From positions 177,816,001 through 177,880,000 of the forward strand of contig OX597816.1 of NCBI GenBank assembly GCA_951406725.2: 64,000 nt of DNA, in the 5' to 3' direction. A program made the position numbers and the translations under genes. Below the pieces are notes generated by a model that searched no databases, was not told the DNA's origin, and saw only the letters and a list, made by a program, of their open reading frames with translations. Below, piece by piece: positions 54,382-64,000 of this stretch (positions within the stretch are counted from its first letter, which is position 1; each line of letters begins with the position of its first letter). Origin of the DNA: Octopus vulgaris (lineage: Eukaryota).

Positions 54382-55319
54382 CAGGCATACCTCGACTTAA
54401 GTTATTTCGATTTAAGTCGTACTTGATTATACGTCGGTTTTCAGAAATAATATACGGAAAAATAAAAATCAAGTTAAGTCATTTTACTCGTTTTTGCGTC
54501 TGCCCGCCACAAATATTGGAATCGTAAAAATCACTAGAAAACTGTTAAAAACACATAAACCCATGTTACTGTACAATAAATAGGAATAAAAGCATATAAA
54601 ATCATATTAAAATACGTACAGTAAATGTTAAGATACACACCATAAAGTAGTGTAGCTTAGTGAATGAAATCATGAGATCAGCTGTGTTGTCTTATTTATC
54701 GGTATTTAGGAGCTCGTATTGCACTGTAGTTTCAATATCTACCGTTAGAGGTCGTTGTCACTCGCGATTCCCACGATTGTTTTGAATTCAGATTTGTTTG
54801 TGTCTGTTGATCAGCTACTTTCTCATTCTCGTCGATTTGTGACTTTATTTTTTGCGCCCATGGCTCCTAAGAAAATACATAGTGAAAGTGGTAAGCGTCA
54901 TGAGAAAGGTAAAACGCCATGAGAAAGGTGAAAACGTGTAGTAATTGCACGCTCATTTGGGATGAGTCGGACAACTGTATTGACGATTGTACATAATAAG
55001 GACAAGATTTTATCGCGTCCGCGATGTACGGTAAACACCGCTAAATTGTACTCGTAAATTTAGATTCCTTTTTTTTACTGTACTGTATTAGAAGATAAAT
55101 ATTATTTGTTTGTAAGCTTAAAATAGGTTTTTATTAACCATGTATTATTGAAAATGCATTCATAAATAAAGTACAGAACTGGGAATGGTTATTATCGGTT
55201 TAGAGACAAGTAAATTCGGCCCAGCCTAGCCAACAGACAAGTTAATTCGACTTAAGTCATTTTTCGACAAAAGTTACGTCTCCTGGAACCAATTAACGAC
55301 GTAGAGTGAGGTGTGCCCG
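54382..55319 (+). mobile_element. Internally deleted Tigger/pogo DNA transposon
   Basis: TA-CAGGCATACCTC ... gaggtgtgcccg TIRs; remnant MAPKK...HEKGE...IARSFGMSRTTVLTIVHNKDKI (CENP-B/psq-type HTH) at 54860-55010. Confidence 0.75.
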
Positions 55320-55360
55320 CATAATGAATAAACTGGAATATTCGTTCCTCATTCCATATA

Positions 55361-55740
55361 TTCTTTTCTACTCTAGGTACAAGGCCCAAAATTTTGGGGG
55401 AGACGGCTAGTCGATTAGTGGTACTTAATTTATCGACCCCGAATGGATGAAAGGCAAAGTCGACCTCGGCGGAATTTGAAGTCAGAATGTAAAGACGGAC
55501 GAAATACCTATTTCTTTACTAACCACAAGGTGCTAAACACAGAAGGGACAAACAAGGACAGACAAACGGAATAAGTCGATTACATCGACCCCAGTGCGTA
55601 ACTGGTACTTAATTTATCGACCCCGAAAGGATGAAAGGTAAAGTCGACCTCGGTGGAATTTAAACTCAGAACGTAACGGCAGACGAAATACCGCTAAGCA
55701 TTTCGGCCGGCGTGCTAACGTTTCTGCCAGCTCGCTGCCC
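55361..55740 (-). mobile_element. Dimeric SINE family B
   Basis: Same two-core structure and junction as 3542-3940. Confidence 0.85.
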
Positions 55741-55784
55741 TTCTTATTCTATATATTCGCGTATCTTTTTTTTTTTTTCACCCT

Positions 55785-56280
55785 TGCTTTAGTCAGCGGT
55801 TTAATTCTTTAAAGCCAGGTATTTATTCTAGCGATCTTTTTTGCCGAACCGCCAAGTTACGGGAACATAAACAAACTAACAACGGTTGTCTAGCGGTGGT
55901 GGTGGGGACAAACAGAAATACACGAGTGGGGACAAACACAAGCATACGATTGGGGTGGGGATGAAAGGTTCCTGGCTTTAAGGGTGCACGAAATGCCTGG
56001 CTGGAGGTCCAACCTTCCGAGTTCTTTTAAAGAGTTTAGAGGACTGCTGTAAAAATTGTAATTAACTGATCCCCCTGTATTTTTCTTTTACCCAAAGCCA
56101 AGAACTTTTCAGCACCCTCTCGCATATACATGACAGGCTTCTTTCAATTTCCATCAACCAAATCCTCTCACAAGCCTTTGGTCGGCCAAGGTCAACAGTT
56201 GAAGATACTTTCTGAAGGGATTGAACCTGGAAACGTGTAGCTGGGAAGCAACCTCCTTACTACACGGTCACACCTGAACC
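55785..56280 (-). mobile_element. Old SINE family A copy with a mariner-like MITE (55947-56122) nested in its central microsatellite
   Basis: SINE halves flank the MITE TIRs. Confidence 0.65.
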
Positions 56281-56329
56281 TATAAGAAGTTCCTTCTCGA
56301 GACATAGAATCATAAGGCCGTTTTCCAGG

Positions 56330-56545
56330 TTCTGTGGCATATAAAACCAGCCCCACCCCATGAAGGGACGGGACGCCAGTCGCACGCATGGTTACTCATT
56401 TTTGCCATTTGAGTGGATTAGAACTGGAGCAACATGAAATGAAATATTTTGTTCAAGAACACGACGTATCGTCCGGTCCAGGAATCGAAATCACAATCTT
56501 ACGATCATAAATGCAACACCACATCAATTAAACCGCGTTCCTCTA
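56330..56545 (-). mobile_element. Old CORE-like SINE
   Basis: Resembles 45800-45872 and has a B-box-like tttcgattcct. Confidence 0.5.
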
Positions 56546-57295
56546 TAATATGCACACAACTGCATCCTAAGACTCTTAGTAATGCTTTATTTCCAACATC
56601 TCTAAATAAAGCAATTAAGCTATTTTCTGAATACTGTCATGAGTTTCTTCCATATATTCTTATTGGTGGTGTATTCAGTTTAATTTTCATTTAGTGTTTT
56701 GAAGTATTGCTTCGTCCTAAGAACTTCCAGAAACTCGACTTAATGAAAGGTTTCAGAAAACAACTTAAGCAATGAGAATGCTTTGACATGTGCAGAAATT
56801 GCACAGACTGGCAATGAAATGAACATTTAAAGATACAAATGTTTATAGAATGAGTTTAATATTGTTTATAGGTAATTATTTATACTGTTTAATATTATTT
56901 ATTGTAATCTATAAGTATTATATTAATTTAGTAATCTGTAAGTAATTCATATTTTGCGGGTTAATTTCTCGATGCCTTACCGAATCTGATTCGGATATTT
57001 TATGTTCTACGCTAATGACAGGAGACAATATCTGTGCAACCAAATTTCTGTGGAAATAGTTGAGTACGTTTTGGTTCTCAATGTTCAGTAATGGTGCTCA
57101 AATTCATCATAATATAAGTATAAAAAGTAAATGATGAATAACAGGCTCCTGTTTCCATTGTCAAAGTACTTGCTGTTCAGTTTCGAGCTAAAAATTTAGT
57201 TCTAAATTTAATGAACTTACATATTTTCCTGCTAAAATTTGAACTGTTAATTTCCTGCTAAAATTTGAACCGTTAAATTGCGCACGCGTGTGAGC

Positions 57296-57341
<46 letters not shown>

Positions 57342-57396
57342 CACTTGTTTCTACTTAAGGCAGAAGACCAGCAGTTCATGGAAATAGGTTAATCGA

Positions 57397-57600
57397 TTTT
57401 CTTTTACCCAAAGCCAGGAACTTTTCAGCACCCCTTCGCATATACACGACATGCTTCTTTCAATTTCCATCAACCAAATCCTCTCACAAGCATTTGGTCG
57501 GCCAAGGTCAACAGTTGAAGATACTTTCTGAAGGGATTGAACCTGGAAACGTGTAGCTGGGAAGCAACCTCCTTACTACACGGTCACACCTGAACCTATA
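57397..57600. repeat. ~200-bp direct duplication of 56080-56283
   Basis: Near-identical MITE-end plus SINE-head composite. Confidence 0.85.
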
Positions 57601-57604
57601 GTGT

Positions 57605-57745
57605 TTCACTGGTAATTTATTTTATCGACCCCGAAAAGTTGGAAGGAAAATTTGACGTCGGCGGGATCTGACCTCACTACATAAAAGATAGAAAGAAATA
57701 TCGCAAGATATTTTTTGCGAAGCTCTCACGATTCTAACATTCCGA
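57605..57745 (-). mobile_element. Decayed SINE family B
   Basis: actggt...ttttatcgaccccgaaa core. Confidence 0.5.
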
Positions 57746-58199
57746 CAGATATTGTGGAATGATGTCCTAATCCCATTCTTTCATTTCTGGAAATGATTTG
57801 AACTCAACACTTGAAGGTAGTGGAATACAATGTGATTGCTGCTTACAGAAGATAACAGTAATCTGTTTTAGTTCCTATTTACAACCCTTTAGATAGGTTA
57901 TTGGGAGATAAATAAGTTAAGCAGGGACGCATAGCAAAACTAATAAAACACTAATTCTTGAATCGGTAGGATGGATAGATTTAGAAAGAGGAGATATGTA
58001 TATAAGATAACGGATTATATATCATGTGTTGTCTTTGAATGTTAGTTGATTTGTTTTGCATTATTCCATCGGGCGAACATGAAACAAATGAAACTCATGC
58101 TTTGGTAATATATATACTTTCAACCGGGTGATCCATATGACTTTTAGACGAATCGCTGAAGGAATCTATTCAAAATATGTCAACTTCCAAATATCTTGA

Positions 58200-59123
58200 A
58201 CTAGCACTATGACCCGGCAACGCCGGGTCATAGTGCTAGTTTGGTATAAATTTGTTAAATTAAAAATTTGGGGTAATAAAACATACAATGACATATTAAA
58301 AAGACGAATTAAAATTCCAGAGAAAAATACATAGAAGATAAATATACAAATTTACAAAAATTGACACTCCCCTCGTCAGGATGTTTTTTACACACAACAC
58401 ATAGTACACGGAAACAAATGCACAATTACATACTTGCTACATGTGAAAGACCAGACATTACGTACTCCCAAAAATTCTCATAGATACTGAATGCTACTTT
58501 ATAGTAAATGGTATGCGCACAGCTCCATCTGGATTAATTCACTTCTGCACCCAATTAAATTTTTCATCTTTTAATTTCTCCCATTCGTGCAAAGCCACAT
58601 ATTCGAGTTCAAGTCCTTGATACATTTTATACTAATTGCTATTTTTTCTTTTAATTGTTATATTACGATTTAATTACCATTTTAATAAAATAATTGTTAT
58701 ATTACGATTTAATTACCATTTTAATAAAATAAAATATATTTAATTACTACTTACTATATTTAATTCAATTGTTATTATTACCTCTAACATTTATTGCAAT
58801 TTTTATTTCTAAATTTATTATGGAACGTCGAGTGGATCTTATGCGTACAATATATTTTTATATGATGTTTATATATTTATATATTACTATATATTTCTAA
58901 ACGTCGGGTTTTATGTCTGTTCTGTAGATATAAATGAATATATGAATATATGTATGTGTTTGATCTTTCTGTGGATTTTGTAGTGCTCTTGTAGTTGCTG
59001 CTCGCATTGCCTCCCCTCGGATTAAAAAGTGTATACAGCTCATTTGAACACTACTATTCCAGTCTGTTATATATTTTGAGCGTTGTTGTCACTAACGATC
59101 TCAAGATATAACTTTATATTTTG

Positions 59124-59176
<53 letters not shown>

Positions 59177-59437
59177 CATATACATACAATAGAGAGATGT
59201 TTCTGTTTCACTTTTAACACGTAATACTGAAATAGTGGAGATGATATGATATTGCTGTGGGCTCGCTCTAGGCAAGAAGTTAAATATTTCTTTTGCTCAT
59301 GACACTACATGGACCCTAAGTAAGGCATGTGTAAAATTTGAATGAAATTGTTTGTGTAGTTCTCAAGTTTTAGGGAAACACACAGACAGACAGACAGACA
59401 CACACACACACATTCTCAGTTTTATATATAGAGAGAT
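58200..59437 (-). mobile_element. Non-autonomous Helitron-like element (DINE-1/Lep1-type)
   Basis: Minus strand 5' aTCtctctatatataaaac...(GTCT)n; 3' hairpin ending CTAGt at ~58200. Confidence 0.7.
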
Positions 59438-60829
59438 ATATATTTGTTTTGTCATTAGCGGAAATTTAGTCTTAAACACAAACATTATTAGTCATAAATA
59501 AAATTAATAATGATTGAAATAAAGGGAAATGAATTATGATGTCAATAAATGTTCTTAATTAATATATTATTCCCCTGTTGTATCCATAAAAAGATTCAAA
59601 CTCGTTATCCTTGGTCGCTAATGTGGTGTACATTTGTGAATTCATATTCCCAAGTTGCCCATGTCAATCTTATTCTTTCTTTGATATATCAGTTGTATAT
59701 ATCAACTGTGAATAATTTCTGGCACACAGCCCAAATAGTTTATTCGGGGCTAATTTAGTCATAATAGTTATAATTCAATAATTCAGCGCTACTTACACAC
59801 GCATGTTTAAAATTATTTTTATGCCTAAAAGTCTGATATGAACAAAAAAGATTTTCTAACCAATCTTTCTTCATATTCCGGTTGGTCCAGTTATTGAGAT
59901 CTACTGGCCTGCAATAAGACACAACAATATTCTTTGCATAATCTTTGGGATGTATATAATATAGAATGGGACGTTTTGTGATTCTCGTATTCTGATCCTT
60001 TTATTATAAGTACTTCGTACAATATTTAGAGAAACAGATTTTTACTAGCGGTATATTCGTGTTAAATTTCTACACAAAAACATATTTGATGGGTATAACT
60101 GAGCGATTCGCAAATATGTTGGTACAGTTAATGAACTGTCCAAAGTTAGTTTTCTTTCACCGATATTGCATTGTAACCGTGAACAAAATACTGAACTCTG
60201 AAATAGCTCAAAATATCTAGCTCCGACAAGTTTCTACTAGGCTTCCAGAGCTTAAATCATCTCTTACTGTGCATTTGACTTAATGAGAGACAGGTTTCGT
60301 CAGACTACCTAGCTTGAGCGGTACGTTAGGTCCTACAGCAAGGTACTTTATTTCATGTTGCTCCAGTTAACTCCACTGAAAATAAGTACCAGTATAGTGC
60401 TGAGGCAGCCTTTTCTCTCTCAAGCAGTTACATCTTCGATATTCCACTTGACCAGTAGGAAGGAAACCGAAGGAAGGAGACAGCTTCTTAATGATACTCG
60501 TCTGCGAGTGACGGTTGAAAATGGTTTAATCAATAACATGATACACTATAACACAGTAGTCTTCACTAATTACCACCTAATTGCTTATAGGTGTTGTGCC
60601 TATAAGATGCAATTATCTTCGAATTTTTAATTTATTTGCATCTCGTATATATTGCCTATTTTTGTACTAAATTCGATAAGCAAAATTTTTATTCTGTTCA
60701 TAAGTGTCAACCAGTCATTAGTTGTTTTCTCATACATATACTTTCACCAATCATTCCCAGAAATTTGACTTGAAAATAACACATGGAAGTATTGAGGATG
60801 TTATGTAACCAAAGCACACTCATATGTAA

Positions 60830-60908
60830 ATATGTATGTATGTATGTATGTATGTGGGTATGTAGCCTGTACTGTATGTGCGTGTACGTTGGTATGTATA
60901 ATTATATC

Positions 60909-60939
<31 letters not shown>

Positions 60940-60961
60940 TGTATGTATGTATGTATGTATA

Positions 60962-60997
<36 letters not shown>

Positions 60998-61095
60998 TGT
61001 ATGTATGTATGTATGTATATATATATATGTATGTATGTATTGATGTATGTATGTATGTATGTATGTATGTATGTATGTATGTATATATATATATG

Positions 61096-61129
<34 letters not shown>

Positions 61130-61151
61130 TGTATGTATGTATGTATATATG

Positions 61152-61182
<31 letters not shown>

Positions 61183-61254
61183 ATATGTATGCATGTATGT
61201 ATGTATGTATATATGTATGTATGAATGTATGTATGTATGTATGTATGTATGTAT
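60830..61254. repeat. (TATG)n microsatellite
   Basis: Direct reading. Confidence 0.95.
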
Positions 61255-62300
61255 TTGTTGTTTACAAGATTACCTTTTATTGCGTCTAATGGCTCGAAGT
61301 ACATTTCAAAGAGTGGGAGTATAATTAACATCGTTCATATCAAAGATATATTTTATTGTCGATGGCAAAATCTTTGAGGAGTACCTAAATAACTTGGCCA
61401 ATTTCAAAGAGACTCATCATTATATTGAACAACGACAAACATCTCCAAACATTCACTTGTTATATAGGATATAAAATAAAAAGTAATTCTCTACAACATG
61501 ACCCGAACAGGTTGAAACCTCTCATTGATTACCCGGCACCTTGTAATATTATTTACTGCCTAAAACAACGAGCAGACAGAATCATTTGCACACCGGGCAA
61601 AATGCTTAGCGGTATCTTGCTCATCTTCATGTTTTGTGTTCAAACTGAGGTCAACTTTGCCATTCATCCCTTCGGAATCGATTAAATAAGTACCAGTTGA
61701 AAACTGACGTCGATGAAATCGACTTATACTCTCCCCGAAATAGTTGACTTTTTTCCAAATACTGAAATCAGTATTATTTACCGTTCAACTGCACACTTTA
61801 TTCAAACATTGTCAAATCCTACTTTACAGTTCAAAAAGAAAAAATATATTTTTTTATTTCGAAGCTATTTTACATTTATATTAGAACCGATCTCGTATTT
61901 AGTCAAAAAATAAGATAAAAAAACGATTATAAGATTCTTTATTGGCGCACCGAACCGTCACTTTACAGTTATGACTCTTGACACATAGCTAGCATAGATA
62001 ACATGTTTATCTCCTAGAATTTTAGATTTTTTATGTGTCATTCCGGAGTTCTTCCGCTAGCTTCCAGATATTTCCTGTGAAATCATTTTTGTTACTTCCG
62101 GTTCCGGTAACTTATGGAATAAAACTAATGGCTCCACCAGGGCATCTGATAGTGAATAAGAACGTCATGAGTTCAAATGCAACGATTTGCTTCTCAGCAA
62201 TTCTTGCCACAACAATGCCTTCATACCGAAAGTTGTCACCACCACGATGTTGGATCACGTTATAAATCGAAATGATCTGGTCAAACTAAGTCGATGAGCT
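61255..62300 (+). mobile_element. Highly decayed Gypsy-type LTR retrotransposon pol remnants, interrupted by a SINE B at ~61570-61740
   Basis: FTRLPF..SNG, LNNDK, IGYKIKSNSLQHDPNRLKPLIDYPAP resemble the Gypsy RT C-terminus; weaker post-integrase similarity near 62060-62270. Confidence 0.45.
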
Positions 62301-62659
62301 TATAACTCAATATCATAAGCAGAAAGTCTTCTCATGGCACCGTTACCCAAGGAGGTCCGCTTAAGATCCAGTTCAGTTCCCAATTATTTACATTGCTTAG
62401 GAATCGATAAATTTCGCTCAAAATCTTATACATAATCAGCAGTATAAATTTCCAGTAGGCAATTCAGCCAAATGCTATAGGCTAAAACCTGTGTTAGAGA
62501 AAGGCAGATGCTTTATATAAGATAACATACAAAATAAGAAAGAAATTTTTGATTCAAAGTGTAAAGAAAATTTACACTTTTACATCCAAAAGCTTTATAT
62601 ATATAGCAATATTGCAATTTCGCCGCAATGTCTCTACTTAATACAGCGAGCCAATAGGT

Positions 62660-62849
62660 CTTTTGCGTATGTGACCTCGTGAGTACCGCCAGCGATTTTT
62701 TTTCCTCTGTCTTCCCTTCTCGGGATCTTTCCTTCTCCAATGTTTCCGACGAAGAGCTCCGCTCGAGACGTTAAACCCTCCTTCTTCCCTTCTTTCCTGA
62801 GCGTCCACGTCCTCGCGTTGCTGTGTTTTTTGTGTTTTCTTGTTTGGAT

Positions 62850-62853
<4 letters not shown>
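62660..62853 (+). mobile_element. Solo terminal repeat of the 6838-9385 PLE family
   Basis: Aligns with the reverse complement of 6841-7040; ends ggattaact-(AT)n. Confidence 0.8.
62742..62776 (+). ncRNA. Minimal hammerhead motif family 3 (GAAA mutated to GAGA)
   Basis: gttt-CCGACGA-a gagc tcc gctc-GAGA-cg-TT-aaac. Confidence 0.55.
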
Positions 62854-62891
<38 letters not shown>

Positions 62892-62896
<5 letters not shown>

Positions 62897-62987
62897 CAAA
62901 TTTACAGAAAGCAAAAGACGAAGACAGGTGTATTACTTTGGCGTTCGGGAAGAATGGAAAAGTCTTTGACGTCTCGAGCCTGCGCTA
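62892..62987 (-). mobile_element. Short PLE-type terminal fragment with the right half of a hammerhead-like motif
   Basis: Minus strand agcgcaggctc-GAGA-cg-TC-aaagac; tail-to-tail with 62660-62853 across (AT)n. Confidence 0.35.
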
Positions 62988-63665
62988 GATTATAAGACAA
63001 ATGTCATTTTCTAAAGCTTCAGGATGACCCATATCTTGTGAGTGAAAATTGGGTATAGCAGCCGATCGAATGGTTTGTGATTCAAAACGTAGAACCTTGG
63101 CACACATTGTGTCACATTGATGTTGGCTGAACATTACGTTAAGGGTACACGTATCTTTGAAATGATCAATAACTTAAACGATAATTCAGGAGCAGCTAAT
63201 TCGTACAACTGAATCTTCGTCGTCCAAAGACGGAGATCCACTACCACCACTACTACAATCAAACGTGTGAGCATGTGCATATGTAAATATAAATACACCA
63301 ACAAACATATATATTCACATACATATATTCATATATATATATATATGTATGCAAAGTATGTAAAAAATTGTTTTCATTCTAAACTGAGTAAACTGTTTCT
63401 TTATTGGCCAATTTCCATTTCCAAAAATATAAATTATTTTTCTTTTTTTTTAATCTTCATTTACTTCTTCCTTATTTCTTAATAATTTACTCCATTTTCG
63501 TGTGTTTGTATGAGTTTATTTGTGTTTGTCTTCGTTGTTTTGTTTTTATTTTCTAAGATGACTTACTGCGAGAGATATACGAAATTCACTACCGACCTCA
63601 ATGTTTGCATATCAACCTACGCTTTTCTTTCGACCACCATGTTATGTATTTGTATGTTTGAAAGA

Positions 63666-63785
63666 GATGATGATGATGATGATGATGATGATGACACGAA
63701 GGAGGAGGAGGAGGAGGAGGATGTCGATGATGACGATAAAGATGATGAAGATGAAGATGATGATGTGAATGTGGTTAATGATGAT
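63666..63785. repeat. (GAT)n/(GAG)n microsatellite
   Basis: Direct reading. Confidence 0.9.
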
Positions 63786-63799
63786 ATATATATATATAC

Positions 63800-63860
<61 letters not shown>

Positions 63861-63904
63861 TATACATATATATGCATATGTATAAATATGCATATACATA
63901 TATA

Positions 63905-63978
<74 letters not shown>

Positions 63979-64000
63979 GAAACTAATTAAAGTATCCCAC

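Noticed and set aside
58560-58645. Helicase motif-like YQGLELEYV inside the Helitron-like element
   Set aside because: Too short and frameshifted to distinguish from chance
63510-63986. 158-aa ORF with an acidic D/E tract
   Set aside because: Made of (GAT)n, (GAG)n and (AT)n microsatellites

Overview
Eukaryotic, AT-rich, repeat-dominated DNA. The tRNA-derived SINE families and the density of (AT)n, (CA)n and (TAA)n microsatellites point to an octopod cephalopod genome (inference). No host protein-coding gene is confidently identifiable, and nearly all long ORFs in the track are microsatellite or satellite artefacts. Main contents: (1) a ~12.4 kb array of a 27-bp hairpin-containing minisatellite (11643-24045) whose unit matches the 5' head (A-box) of a local SINE family; (2) several Penelope-like element (PLE) fragments with RT and GIY-YIG domains, plus about 13 clear and several degenerate minimal type I hammerhead-ribozyme (HHR) motifs in at least 4 repeated sequence families, often in head-to-head inverted pairs inside (AT)n; (3) a PLE whose AAT-coded Asn-rich linkers carry two nested (TAA)n-associated insertions, one an R4/Dong-clade RLE LINE; (4) two RTE-clade LINE copies with twin-priming-like 5' inversions; (5) Helitron-like, Tigger/pogo, mariner-like and Harbinger-like non-autonomous elements, many SINEs and a decayed Gypsy remnant. 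All alignments and folds were done by eye, so boundaries are approximate.
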